Counted from the first letter of the stretch, positions 1 to 15,240 are shown. The stretch is 64,000 bases of DNA from Lingula anatina (GCA_051362555.1 CM120642.1:23064001-23128000); one strand, 5' to 3'. Numbers and translations are program-made. The notes: generated from the letters alone by a model not told the origin.

Positions 1-342
1 ACTGATAAAAGCACCGCTGTACATTATGATTCACATATATTAACAGTATAAAAAGCAATATTACAATGTAAATACAATTGTGGCATCAACTTCTTAGCTT
101 TGTGATTTTCACATCTCTATTAACAAATCTGTACACATGGAATAAATGGATGAACCCTGCAAACCTGCCACTGAACTAAAACTGCTGGCAAAAATTGACA
201 AAAATAAATAAAAATTAAACAAGGCAGCAAAGCTGTCAAATGTACAGACAAAAAGCAGGAAATAACTATGCACAAAATAGGCTACTGCCAATTCTGATGC
301 AAAAGTACATAAAGTTAAACTGCAAATTCAACATCAAATTTT

Positions 343-1309
343 AACAAGACATCACTGTTCTGAAATGGGTTTATTTCCATTTTTAACACTTTTTTAACAT
401 AAAACAAAATGAACAGTTTACTGCCATTTTTATATGATCAACTAAGAAAATTGATGAGATTGGAAAAATATCAATATAACAGTGTTAAATGTCCAATTTC
501 CTCCATTCTAAGATTCTGAACATAGTGGATGATTGAATCTGACAAACTGCAATGATATGAGTTTATTTCCATTTGTGACACTTTATTACACAATACACGA
601 TAAAAAGTTTACCATCATTTTTACATAATCAACTAACAATGTTGTAAAGATGCAGGAAATGTCAAACAAACACTTAAATGTATCTTATTAGTAAAATAAT
701 AAGACTGTTAACATGCCTAAGAATTGAATCTGAGGAAATGTGAAAAAACAGCATAACTTGTAAAATAATAGCCCGATTATGCTGATTTTCGAACTTGACC
801 TGCGTTTTAGTAAGATTGACCACTCCTGTGAGTTTAATGACAATTGGCCTATCGGTTTTTCTTATATTGTGTTTACAGTGTTGCACATATGCTGAAAAAA
901 AGGAAAAAACAGCATAACTACTAAAATAGTGGCCCAACCATGCCGATTTTCCAACTTGACCTGCGTTTTAGTAAGATTGATTACTCTTGTGAGTTTCATG
1001 ACAACAGGCCTATCGGTTTTCCTTAAAATGTGTTTACAGGGTTGCATATATGCTGAAAAGTGATAAAACAGCATAACTTCTACAATAATGGCCCAATCAT
1101 GCTGATTTTCGAACTTGACCTGCGTTTTATGAATATTCATCAGCTCTGTAAATATAAAACCAAAAAATAAAACTGTGTTCCACTTATCGTGTTTACAGTG
1201 AAAGTGCACGGCGACGGCATTGCCATCGGCATCGGCATCGGCGACGACGGCGACGACAGACGCAGGTGATGGCAATATGTACAGACACATCTGTGTCTGT
1301 ACATAAAAA
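343..1309. mobile_element. Non-autonomous Helentron/HINE-like element with internal tandem repeats
   Basis: Contains ~160-bp tandem units (CAGCATAAC anchors at 749, 910, 1069) and a GGCATC/GACGGC microsatellite-like tract (~1208-1262). These are followed by a perfect 14-bp stem TATGTACAGACACA-tc-TGTGTCTGTACATA (1276-1305) and an A-run. An older ~193-bp duplicated unit lies at ~365-680. The left boundary (AACAAG at 343) is tentative. Confidence 0.65.
743..1130. repeat. Tandem repeat, ~160-bp unit, ~2.4 copies
   Basis: AAAACAGCATAACT...GCTGATTTTCGAACTTGACCTGCGTTTT recurs with periods of 161 and 159 bp. Confidence 0.9.
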
Positions 1310-2521
1310 GCACCCTGCCAGATCCAGGTGCCTCTACATATACCCTGTACTAAAACATTAAAAAACTATTTTATGATGACCAGTTATGTGAGATTATACA
1401 AGTATACATTATGGTTTTATTAGATGGAATTAAATTCAGTAACTAGATTTGAGAAACCTCAAACAAACTCAAGTGTTTAGTATGTCAAAAATGTCAAGTC
1501 AAAACTGTCATACGAAGCATCACAAAGCTACATTATAAAAGATGACCACAGTTCTAAAGAGAGCACTGTGCTTTCAGTACATCAAGTGAAGATTACAGTC
1601 AGAGGAATAATATGCAACAACATTCCTACAGCTGATAATATATGCATCATTTTGACCTTCTTCTATACAAAAAAGGGTTTGTCTTCAAATAAAGAATACA
1701 TTATTTAAGATACCAGAGAAAAGGTTTAGTTTTTACAAATGTCCATAATGTGCCAACTGGGATAAACTGATCACACCCAAAAACACAATTATACTTAACT
1801 ACAACTACCACAATCTTTCAGCAGCCTCTTTTTACCCTAATATAACCTCATCCTTGACATTTTATTACTTACACAGTCTTTGTTTAAAAATCCATCCTGA
1901 ACTTTTGATTTTTTCAAAAAAAAAAAAAAAAAAAAAAAAATTATGACCATTTAAAAAACATGCTGAACTTGAGGAAGATATAAGACTCTCACATATGCAC
2001 AATGTAAGTCAGTTGTTTCATTATCTGGTAAATGAAGATAACCAACATCAATACAGTAAGTACTGTTAGTCTACAACAATAATTATAATCATAGTTCTTT
2101 GGAAGCAGAATGATGGTTTTTAACCACAATGGCCAGTATGGTAAATGGCACCAAAGCACACGCAGCCAGTATTTGAATACCAAAATGCCATCAACATGCA
2201 AGTAAGTTACACCATTTTTTTCCATTTTCAGTCAAATTGTACCAATTTCTTTTTACTGTTCACAAACAAATGCCTCACAGTCAACATTCAGATCCCTTTT
2301 GTTTCACATGAGTGGCATATATCACTTATTTTTAACTATGTAGAACTCTTTGCATACCATGACCTCGGGATATCTGATATGTTCACATTATTTCAGCTGC
2401 ATTCTCCATTATGTTATTTTCTTGTTTCCACATATATAAGTAAACACCAGGTAATTCTTTTACCTGAATAGTAAATGCAAATTTTAATTAGTCTAATAAT
2501 AATTTAAACATTTAATGTAAC

Positions 2522-5500
2522 TCAGGAGGTGCTCAAAGCCTCAAACTCCTCTAGTGTTAATGAATCCAGCCTCCTTCCAGCATCAGCAGATCTCCTGTCA
2601 GATTTGTTCTTCATATTGTTATTTTCAAGCTCTTCCTCTGACAGCGTCATGGTATGCTGTTTGTCTGCAGAGTTATAAGTGTTGTTAGAAGTGCCCGTTT
2701 TGAATGAGGGGCTGTAAGTTAAGTCGTTCAGTTCAGCCTCTTGGATACTGTTGTACAAATAGCGCTGCTTTTCGATTGAGGTCACATGTCCGCTGTTACT
2801 ATTTAATTCCTTCAGCTCAGTGGGATCGGCATCCACTAGCTCAATATCACTCAATGGAGAAATCTCCATGGCTGAATCATCACGGCTACCTACATGGTCT
2901 GACGAGCCAGAGGAATTTTCACTTGTGGTGGAATTTCGATAACTTGCCTCCTGCTGGCTGTCCCCCACTTTGAGGCTCTCCTGAGTGGCGGAGGAGCGAG
3001 GTGACTGGCGACTGTATTTGGGTGGTGGCTCCAACTTTGGTGTGAGGTTAAGATCCAGGCGATTTCCACTGGCGTCCTGCATTGGACAGGGGACAATAAC
3101 CTTGGCCTTGCCATCCACGACCTTGACCTGGTCTCTGTGCTGTGAGTTTGGCTGGTAGACGTTGTTGTTATTGTTAACCCTACTGCTGTTGTTCATGAGA
3201 AATGGGTTCTTGTTTTGGTTTGCTGGAGTGTTTTGTTGTTTTCTGTGCCAGGCATTGGCATCTGCCTGACTGAAGTTATACATGAGACTGTCTGAGGACA
3301 TCTCCCTGTGTCCACTATCTGGGGAATCTGTGTATGCTACATCAGTTTTTCGGTTTTCAAACAAACCGTTTTCTGGCACATATGCAGGATACGAGGAGTC
3401 TATGTCTGGGAACTCTGGGATATAAACTGGTGGCGGCTGGGGGGTGTTCACATCAGGAAGAGTGGGCACCTGAAATAGTTGAACAATTTAAATAAAAACA
3501 CACAGCAATTCTCTCAGTTTTAAAGGTTGCTGACCAAGAGTGTTATGACTTATAGTATACAATATCATAGTTTGATTCAACCAGTCATTTTCAACTAAGA
3601 TAAAGATGGAACTAAAATTGACTCTCACACTGCATCTTGTGCTTTAAAATTGAGTTCACAACCTTTCAACCTTATCACAGATCAATTGCAAATATCTTAC
3701 TCATGATCACTGTCATCACATTAGTCCTGCTATAAATTGAAGTGAATTATATAACATAAAGAATTCTACATGACTGATGTCAACATGTGGTTATGGAGGC
3801 AAGTGTTAGCAGTGACCCTCTGTGAACTCATCTTTTGATGTCAGTTGGACAACTTAGCTTTTAAGTTAAAGTGGTTATGAATGCACTTTTCGAGGAAAAA
3901 AGAATGTTCTGATATCTCATCTAATTTGAACTCGGGTGGATAACTTCAACACACAGCATGAGCAGAATTGAGATATTGTAGTCCAACTTTGTCAGACTTA
4001 AGAGTGCTCACCTGTACTGGAGGTTTGAAAGTGGAGAACTCCTGTGAAGGGGTGCTGCCCACACTCTTCAGTTCCACCTCCTGTATCCTGGACACCAGCT
4101 GAGTGATGTGCTCCAGAAGATCCTTGTTGTGAAGTAGAAGCTGGTGACACCGGGCCTAAACACACACATATATATATCTAGTTCATTTATTCCATAACAT
4201 ACATACAAATGCTATTCAATCTTGGTCATAATCAATCTGACCCTTGTTGTAATGCATAACTATTGACATTGGGCATTGTGAAATATTTTGACTTCTGTAA
4301 CAAATTTTTAAGTCTATAATACGAAATACAAGTACCATATACATATTAATTTATATCCTATCAGAAACTGGATTGTGAAGTTACCAAAAATGAAGCATAG
4401 CAATAACTGGAGAATGAGGAAAATTCAAGGGAATAGATAACTTCATGTTTAGATGGACAGAACACAAAGCACTGATCAATTATGATATACAATAAGTCTG
4501 TTTACAGTCACTAACTATACTACCTGCTTTAAGTGAACTTAGATTAACATAACAGTTAAATGCCATGCATGAGTGTTCCATTATTCAGTTCCTAAAAGAC
4601 AGAGTAACCAAAACAACTGCCAGCAGCACTGACCTGTGCCTCAATCCTGGCTGCTGCCTCTGCCGCCAGCTGATCCTTGAGCAGGTGTACCTGAGCAATG
4701 GCCACCTGTGTCTGCTGCTGCTGCTGCTCTAGCTGCTGTCTCAGAAGCTGCACCTGGTGATGGGAGCTGAGGGGCATCTGGCCGGACGTCTGGTAGCCAT
4801 CACCCAGGAGCTGGACTGGAGAACCCAGAGGAGGGCTGAAGGTACCCTGAGAACAGAAACCAGATGGTGCTTTAATTCAAGTGGTTCTTTTACAAAAACC
4901 AAGACTTAAGACGTGTTCACAACAGAAGTTGATCCCTGGATTACTAGATCCGCAGATAAAATATGGCTGACCCATTTGAAAGAGGTTACATCTTTTAAAT
5001 TCCCATGGGGAATCTATTAAGTGTCTTTTAGGGGATTTGGTAGCAATTTTTCAAATGGGTTGGCTATATTTGATTCGCAAATCACACATATTTGATCAAC
5101 TAGTTCTAAACGCAGCCTAAGGCCTGTCTTAACTGTTATGACCTACCTTTAAGTATATAAATATGAATTTCAAAACTTGGGGGAATACCACCGTAACAGT
5201 TGTTTTTGTGCAAGCCTAAGCAGACTGATATGGAAAAAATATCATCATCATCTTCAAGTAAAGTAGACCTTAGTCTTAATGGCTCCCATATGCATTCATT
5301 CAGTCATCTAACAAAAAAGAGGGGGCTTGTGTGACCCTGTTTCAAGAGTGCCTCATTCCCCAATTATTACCATGGACACTGGCGTCTTGGCCCCCATACT
5401 TCTCAGCATCTGTTGAGCTTGCATCAGGGCATCTTCTGGACTTGTCTGGTTACTGCCGCTGTTGTCTACTCGGTCAAACTGATCACACTCCTTCTGGGAC

Positions 5501-8500
5501 TCAGTCACTTTCTTCTTAGCTGAAAAAATGTATACACGAATGACTTAGATATAACAGTGGAAGTCTGCCGCTTTTATCTTAGCTAGCAGAGGTGTATAAA
5601 TAAATGGCACGTTAAGGCATAAGAGATTGATTTTTTTTTCACACAAAGACAACTGTGTTCATTCCCATGTGACCACATTCTAGAAAAATTATGAACTGGA
5701 ATAGCTTGTACTTGATATTTTTTCATCAGCTACAAAATTTCTTCAATAATTAAATGAGCATCAAATGCCAACAAGAAAAACAATTTATAAATACCAACTT
5801 CCCAGCATTTTTACAAGTACAAATTTCAATGTTTTTTCCTGATATTTCCCTGACAAAAATTGACACTTCCAGGATCATAATTATACCTATTTCTTGTTTT
5901 TTACATCTTCAAAAATGGCTACTGTGGACTTAAAACATAAACAGTCTTTGTTTTGGCATGGACACAAGCTGAGAATATCCGCCCAAACACTATATCTGTA
6001 ATTTTCCGTGATTAGAGGTACTTTACTCCAATTCCCTGTCTTTTCCCTTATTGGTGAGAGGAGAAGTCATGTATCAGGTTAACATGAGAATGACTTGTAT
6101 GGGTTGAAATTGGAATTAAAAACTCTAGACTGAATTGTCACGTAATTCTCCATATCTATCATATTTCTATTTCTGCACAGGCTGTAACAAGCAGATTAAC
6201 AGCACTGCTTAGTAATGATTGTTGGACTATTCACTTTACTAAAAACAACATCATGAAATACACAGATGCTTTAATTGAAATATCTTGTTGCTCTTCATAC
6301 CTATTATATCATCAATTTTAATGTGGATTAAGGGGAAAGATAAGCTGGCATTCATGCCAGAAAAGTCAGACTTTCTTTCTGCATTTTTATGTTTGCTCCA
6401 ATGATTCCAAATCTTCTATGCATCTATTATGTCAAAGCAAGTTTTAAATAAGTTATCCCAAGATCTATTTTACAAAATAATAGTAATAATGACATAAAAA
6501 ATAAAAAACATAACAAAATAACCAGAGTCCTGCCTGTAGGCAGTCATCAGTCGATTGCAATCCTCCATTACTCTCCAAAGAGAACAAGATAATGATTAGT
6601 TAGTATCAATACATTGGGAGGGGGGGGGGGGGGGGAGGGAGACGTCTATTCTGGATTTAGGATTTAACCATTACTTGTTAAAATAAAAATTGGATGTAAG
6701 CACATCCTTAGTGAGTTGTTTGTATATATCTCATCTTTTTCTCTTCAACTGCAGGCAAGAGAATTATCTGATCTTTCAAAATCCCAACCACTTCAGAAAT
6801 AAGCCGATTATATTCCTCTTCAAAACAGAAGCATTAAATCTGCCGATCTATGGACTACCTAGGCTGACCTACACTGCAAAAATATTAGCACTTTTTTTTA
6901 CAAAGCACATACAACATTTTTTCTAGTTAGGCAACTATTTGATGGATGATTTTATTAGTCATTCCCTAAGCATATCTGACAATATTAGCCATTGTCTAAC
7001 TTTACAAAAGAAAAAAAAAAATTTTACATTTTTTCTTTTTGCATGACTAGATTTTAACCAATTATTATCTCAGGCTGAGTAATAAAATTACCTTTTCTCT
7101 TCAAGGTAGTTGTTACTTCATCAGATTTATCACTGTTATTATCTCCCAGGGCCTCTGCTTCCTTAGCTGCCTGCTGGAGGCTCAGCTTGTGACACACCTC
7201 AAATGCCTGCCCTATGGTGCGAACCATACGCATAGCATGACTCTGAAATAAAAAATTAATTTTTTTCTTGAAAGATTAAGTGATTCATTTATCATTATAA
7301 ACTGGCATATTATTATTCATTTATTTACCTGTTTATTTCACTAGTGATTGCCAAACAGCAAGAACTGAGGTCTTTGATAAATCAAATATCATTTCAACAG
7401 ACTTACTCCACCACATGAAATCACAACTGGTGCTACTTCCAAGATGGTCTCTTCCTCATGTATACCTATTTCACAAATACCAATAGCTGGTTTTCTTGAG
7501 ATAATAAGTACTTAAACAATCAAAAATACAAACACTTCAAGAGAAGTAATGTAAATCATTCTGGTTTCCACTCAAGGAGTATGGAGTCCTACAAATATTT
7601 TTTATAAAAGTTGAAAATAGTAAGTAACATGGTTTTCCTTTTATGGTGTTAAACAGGAGAGTGCACAGAGTTGACAATGCAAATGGCAATAACAGGTACT
7701 GGTCAAGGCTAAATGTCCAGAGAAAGTGTTTGTCCATAAATATTATCCATGTGGTCAAGCAAAAATACAGTTTGAAATCACAACCTACTGGAGTATAGGG
7801 ATTTTAATTACTTGAGTAACAAAATCTCATATACAGTGGTACATTTCTGTGATCTATAAAAAGCCCCTTTATCCTTGAATTCTGCACTAAATTACCATTT
7901 GCAGCAGAGAATTCTGATTAAATGTCTGAATAGACCTTCAAGTCAATTACGAGGACATGAATAGAAACATGAGTCTAAAAAAGCCAATTCTGTGCGCTGG
8001 ATATAACTTTTATTGAACACAGAACTAAATGGTTTCTAGGCGACAGGGTGCATTTGCCAGTCAACTCTTCCTAACCAAATGTGATTCTGACAACTTGCAT
8101 GAACAAAATCTAATGGGTTAAGTGAAAAAAATATGCATAAATATTAAAAAGGGATGTGAACAATAAATACTCCTTTGGTGGAGAAAAGAAGATATTGGAA
8201 TATGAGAAAGTTTCATGCAGTTTTATTCAAATGCAGAAATCTCATAAGCTCCATTAGGCCCAAGACCTCAAATCTTTATAAATTTCAAATAAAAAAGTGG
8301 AAAAAAAAGCCACCAGGTCACAGTAAGCATCTATCTTTCCTGTTCACAGCGAAGTGGCAAAGCAGAAAATTCACCTGCATCAAAACCAAACCACCTGAAG
8401 AAATCATCTATTTACAAAAGAAATGGGAAGACTCAACTATAGTTCACACAATGAAACTTCTCAAAATTGCCACATGGCTTTTAAGCAACAACAATGGTCT

Positions 8501-11500
8501 ACCTCTTTCATCTTCTGCTTAAAGCAACACTGTATATTTAGCTTGACCTGGTCATCTTGAATTTCCAGGTATTCCAGCAATATTTGGTTCCCAGTGGTTA
8601 CGTAAAACTGTTATAGGCCAATTTTATTAGTACACACATTAAATCTAATTGAACATTTGGGTCCAACTAATTCAACCTTTACACATACGGTGCAATCATA
8701 CAGCCTGCTTCCTGGAGCTAGACCAAAACCGGTTTAATATTAACTAAGTAGCAAAAGTGGACCACTAGTCGTTTAAATTCATTCAACTGGTATTAATTTT
8801 GTACAGCCGACACCAGATGAAAACAGAAAATATTTGGAAAGCAAGATCCCCCCTCCCAAAAGGAAAGAAATTCTAACTTAGGTTTCAAATCTTTTCTTGT
8901 TATAATTATTATCTTTTAAATTACATTTCACAAATTTCTTTTACTCCATCAAGAAAGAACTATTCAATTTTCCAGAAAACCGAAAATTTCTGTCTTACAC
9001 TTGTGTTACAAATTGTCTAGACAGATGTGTCTTTCATCCCTCACTTAAAAACAGAGGTGCAAAAACCATTAGCAGAAAACAACTCATTTAGCTATACCCA
9101 CACTCCATGCACAGGACACCTCCACATCTGTCATCCACCGTTACTAAAAAAGAAAATTAAGTCTAAGGCCCTAGATGGGGATAATAAACAACATAAATGC
9201 ATCTAGTATCTCTTTTTCAAAGCTGCATCAGGGCCCATCCCAACAAAGCACGGTGCAGATAACAAAACTGATGGCAAAGTGGTGACAAGGAAATTGAATT
9301 TCACACCTTGTTTAGACACTTTTGTGGACGGGGAATTGATTTTTCCCAATGGTCTGAGCTTTTGTCTGCATTTATCTTCAGTTTCCAAGGATGCTTGGCT
9401 AGGCAGCCTAATGGAGCTGCACAGTTTTCCATTTTGCCAAATGTACATAATGCAATAAGTTACCCAATATAACCCAAATCTTCAGTTTTGCAAAATGTCC
9501 TTAACATGATAAGTGCCTAATGGAATCTACTATTCCAAGAGCCAAACATTATCTGATACAGACTATGTTTTTTATTCAACCATGACAAGGTCAGAAAGGT
9601 GCAGCATGCCAGTCTGAGAATAGCAACCTCTTTTTCCATTTTTCTCTGTGTATTGGCCAAGCAATTTCAACATAAATCAAATAATCTGAAAATGGAAAGT
9701 ATTCAAAAAACGCCCTTGGCAAGCAAGGGTTAGACAGACACTTGTTAAAAACAGTGCTTACAAAAGAACAGGCATTTGGTGTGAAAAAAATCTGAGTGTG
9801 AATTGTTGATATACTAGAAATCATCATCTGTGGTCATGACATTTAACTTGGTCTCTCAAGAATACCATTTATCAAGACACAATACCAAATGCATCAAGTT
9901 AAAGAACTCTATTAACTTTTAAATAAGCAGCTCCAAGGTCTCTTGTGTTGAACCCCACCAGTGAAGTTTGGCACGATTGGGAGTTGTACAATCAATATCC
10001 AGCAAACACGCACAAACCCAATCAGCGTGATGATCCACTTCATTTCAACAAATTAGAGAGGTTACTGACCAAGTCAATAAGATGCGCTAGAAAACAATAA
10101 AACAGGTCTTTTCAATTATTTTCAAAACTCTTTTCATGACAACCACCAAACCAGTATAATTTTGTCAGTGTAGCTAATAGGCCCCTATTCACAAAATATG
10201 TTTTCAAAACAATTGTTTTAAAAAGGTCTAGTATAAAACATGGACAGTTAATTCTTTGATGCACATTCTGTTTAAAACCGGAGGTTCTGGGTTGTTAACT
10301 TGAACTCTTTTCCTCTATACTCATATGTATGACAAACAATGCATTGTTACCCCCTCGCTGTACACGGCAGAATATCTGGCCTATAAGCAGTGCACTATTT
10401 AGTTCACAACTGCTTCCCTGTAGACAGCTTCTATTCGCTGCACAGTGGACTAACAGAGAATCAAAAATCCAATTTTATTACTGTGAGTTTACCAAAGGAC
10501 CAATCCACACAATTCATGAAAGGAGTTTGGATGAAAACACTCAAAAAATTCTCATTTCCCAGAAAATCTACATGGTGTTTCCTAATCTCCTGATCCCCCC
10601 ACTTTAAGACAGAACATCAATGCACTTCATTTAAGAGGCTGATCTTCTTCAAAAGCTTAATGAAAGGTATTGATCTCTAAATGCACAGATGAACAACAGT
10701 TTAAGTAAATGTCCAGTTTCCTTTAATCTAATCTGCATGGTGAAGACGTCTAATGATGCCTCTCGATGGCAATAAACATAATGTTCTCGCCAGAGGGAGC
10801 ACTATTAGTGATGGCCATGAGATCTACTCAGACCAGTTATACAATCCCCTCAGACCTAAGATACCGCTAGACTTGTTATAGGATTCCACCAGACCTGTTA
10901 TATGATTTTCTCAGACCAGGATTACTTGAGACAAGAATCTTCAAAAGCTCAATTGCATGACCTCAATATACCTCAGATACATAAGTCCTTGTTGAATGAA
11001 TCAGATGCTTGTGCACACTATAGAAATAAAGTCTTAAGTTGAAACCCTTAAGACAAAAACAATTAAGTCTATTTTGCCCAAAGATAAATCAGCAGTTGTC
11101 CACTCAAATGAAGATAAAAGTCCTATATCTTTAAACAGTCCTCTGACTTGAGTAAACTACTTCTTATCCTGGACTGAACCAAATCAGGATTTTCCATCTC
11201 ATTTCCTTGACTGAGGAAAAGGATGCTCTTTTTTTCTGAATCCCAGGAATACAAACTGTCAGAAGCCTCAGATCAGCAATCTGTTACCTTCTTTATCTTG
11301 ATTAAATCTAGGTACTAAACCAGTTTTAGACGAGGCATTTTCTAACATTGGTAGTTTCAAATTGATGACATGCCTTGTAGCATATAATCATTTCTATCCT
11401 CAGATGTTCAGTATGATCTTGGACTGATCATGACTAATTTAGAAAAGATCACATATCGATAATACAGCGCCATTTTTACATCAATTTGCAATTGTACATT

Positions 11501-12287
11501 AAATGCTATTTTGGCACTTCAAAAACACATCATCACCTTATAACAACCTTATCTCACCAAAAGTCATGAAATAAATGGATACATTTCTAAAAACAAGTAG
11601 CATATGATATTAATGTAGGCCTAGACCCACCTTTTTGTAAGCTTTGAAGACATTGCACTTAAAGACGTTTGTGGAGCCGTCCCTGGCGATGTAGCTGAAG
11701 ATCTTCAAATCCTGGGAGTCGTGAGACACATAGAAGATCCTAGGGTAAAGAACACATCTTAGATTAATAGTATTAATAATACAGAGAATCAGATCTTAAC
11801 ATATGAAACACAGTTATGATGTCTAAAAGTGCAGTTTTATAGATAGTAAGCTCATTTTAAATAATGTTTTTAAAATCACTTTATATGGTACCAAATGTAG
11901 GCACGAGTCTATGTATGCATGGGAGTATATCTTAAACAAATCTATATTATCACTACATAAACCTTTGGTGAGTTATCTACATTCTAAAAACAAGATTCAT
12001 AATCTAAACTGCCTGTCATAACTAAGCTTTTAGTTTACTTAATTCTGATGTGGCCCCTTCCATAAACAATCCCAACACATGGTATAACAGTCTTGCCCTA
12101 TCCTCTGTATTACCTGCCTCCTCACAGTGAGGTATTACCAGGAGGATGTTTACCTGTATATAGGATGATGCATCACCAGGAGTTTACTCTCATCCCATGG
12201 GTACTGGGTTTTACTCTGGAAGGAAAGGAATAAGAACTCATTAAGAAAAAAACTACAGCCAGTGGGCTTGCTACAAAAAACTAAAAG

Positions 12288-12350
<63 letters not shown>

Positions 12351-15175
12351 TATTAAAATTCAAATATTTATAAACTTCTGTCTATTTCTGTCAAATAATA
12401 GGTGGGAAAGTGGTGAATGGAAATTTACCAAAATTACTATGAGAAGGTTCTGCAAAAAGTTAACCATCAGTCCCCAAACTTTCTATCCATCCCTATTTCA
12501 CATGTCCATGCCAAGAATAAATAAAATATCTACACAAGAAATGGTGGACCTTATTGAAAAAGGGTTTATAGTTTAGTAAGCTCCCATTCTGTAACCACTA
12601 AGCTGCACAGAACCCGACTTAACCCAGACTGGTAGTCAGAAGCCATTACAGTATTTGCCAATTACAGTATATATGATACATCTCCTCCCTGACATCAGCA
12701 AACTAATGACAGTCCACATAACATCTCTATAACTTCATTATTAACTTAATCCTTATCACATCACACAGCAGTGGAGATGGTGAAATGCTGGTTATTATTA
12801 CACCCCCATCCATCAATACAAGTACAGTATCATTCCAGCTGGTAATGGCTTCATGATGTATGGAAGGTATTATACTTTGAAATGTTTTTATGATATTGTA
12901 TGGTTATGCTCTGACAACTTACATGATTTTGGATCAGAATGTACTGACAGCCAGCCAAGTGTGTGTGTGTGTGTGTGCGTGTGTGCGTGCGTGCGTGCGT
13001 GCATGCGGGGGGGGGGGGGGGGTAGCTGTGTGAGGTAAAGTGGAGTCTCTCTACAGTCTGTGGTCTGCCAAAGAGATCCCATTTGTAGCCACAGTTCTAT
13101 CCTGTACAACAGTGTAGGGGCCTCTGTGTAAATTAAAAGTATTATCTAGCAGGATAGGGGAGAGAGAGAGAAAAAAAGAGAGAGAGATGCAATTGCCATC
13201 CTTGTGCCAGAGAGGCTCTCACTGCATTAGTGCATATCAGTAGTAAAAAAGTTAGGGTGTATATTGGGTCCAATTCAGACAATGTCAGGCAAAAACTGCA
13301 TAGAGTATGTTGAAGTAAACTACTACTGATTAGCAACCCAAAGATGCACTTTAGCTTCGGAACAGTTTAAAATTAAAACTGATGTGAATACAGATTATTT
13401 CATTCCTTGGAAAAGGCCCAATCAGCCACAGGAATGAAATTAAGCCTGAAAACCTACCTGTAGAAAAGCAACTATTAATAACTTCCACTGTGTGTTTCAC
13501 TACATCTGACATTTTGCTTAACGAGCCGTTAGGTTTCAGTAATGATTCCAGTGCACATAATCTGCCCTTGCTGTGGTATTGAAAGCTCAACTGTTGCCAT
13601 CAGCTGAGTGTCAGTGTGTAAAGGGTATGTTTGACCTTGAAGTTTTTAGTTATCTAGAGAGCAGAAATAAGTTTCTTTTTTTTTATTGAGTGAAAAATGC
13701 TGAGATAAAATTAAAAACTGGGGAGGGGACTTCCTTCCTACAATTATATCAGATAAAAATATCAAACTTACTAGGGAAAATTGAGAAGTGTGTGTGTGTG
13801 TGTGTGTGTGTGTGTCTATTTCTCTGTGTGTAAATCACCACGAGTGCCTGCCTGCTCATGCTGTAAACCCATTTGCTTCTCCTAAACCTTAAGTTTCTCC
13901 TTGAAATGAATGTGGAAAGATTGAGTTGAATGTGACAATAATGCAGCTGAGCTACTTAATTAGGCAAGGGAGATAATAATGCTTTCAGAATGATCAATAT
14001 TTTGATAGATGAAGTGTTTAGGTGTCTGCGTTGATTAGCGTTTTCCTTGGGCGTCATGATTGATTGTGCAAATGGGTTTGTCATGACAGATTACTTAAGA
14101 ACAGAACAAAATGCAAGTAATTAGCTGACAACAAATAAAATTTGAAAGCTCCATTAGTTCAAGAATGCATCATTAAATGCAAAAAGTTGCTGAAGTTTTA
14201 TACCCGAGATGTCTTCTTCTTCAGGGTTACTTTCACTCCTTCCGTTCCTATCACCAAATTCACAGATTTCTTCTTGATGGCCTTGGCTTTGAACTCATAC
14301 TGAAAAGACCAATAATAATACTGTTAATCAAAAAGTATCATGAAGATGATGATGATAACTGGCATATATTGCTAATAACACAGAGCACTTTCACGAATTG
14401 CTGAGGAAATAAGTGTGATGTCTTTCAAAATCAACAGCCATCAGTGAAACCTTTTTACTGCAAATTTTCTTGGAATTTTTATTACTATTTTATCCCCTAA
14501 AGTGATCTCAAAATGCCAAGTCATTGTTGGGCTGTTTAGAAGAACTTCACCATAATGATAATACAGTGCAAAAATGTAGAATAACTGTCATTTGGTATTG
14601 GCATTCTGTAATTTCTTCTCTATCAAATCCATACATTCAGTCATTCATTGCAAAACCACTGTGCCAGGATCAATCCGCTGGGTAACATTTCCTCCAGCAC
14701 TACTGTAATCACAAACTGTCAAATAAACTGTACAATGGGCAGTAATGCGGTGTGTGTTTGCAGTAAGGAGCTGGATAACATGACTCTTGCTCACAATCAT
14801 TCATTAATACTGTGAGTCTGTCACTGTTCCCATGTACACTTCAACTAAGCAACATGTCCCACTTAACTACAGATAAGAGGCTTATATAAAGTACAGTACT
14901 TGTATACAGTAGTTTTTCTTGATAAATCAATTATTCTTTACTTTGAGACTAAATAAAAAACATGATACTAGTAAATGTTTTGGCCCATCATAGATAGACA
15001 GGATTCAGCTTTCCCTAGTAAGTAAGCCTTTACTGATGTCTCCTGGCTCTAGCCACACACATTACATGCTAGGACATATTTAACACTTTTTATAGTAATT
15101 CAAGAATAGAGAGGAGAGGTATACTAGTAAATGGATGTCTGTGGGCGGGGTCATGGAGACCTGTAGATAGAATTT

Positions 15176-15240
<65 letters not shown>

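Noticed and set aside
674-1290. ORFs 674..937 and 862..1290 with repeated KTQVKFEN peptides
   Set aside because: These are translations of the 160-bp tandem repeat and microsatellite tract, with no splice or homology support.
2510-2524. Stop-codon readthrough of NOS1AP to create a PDZ ligand
   Set aside because: The TGA is followed by G rather than the leaky TGA-CTAG context, so nothing in the sequence supports readthrough.
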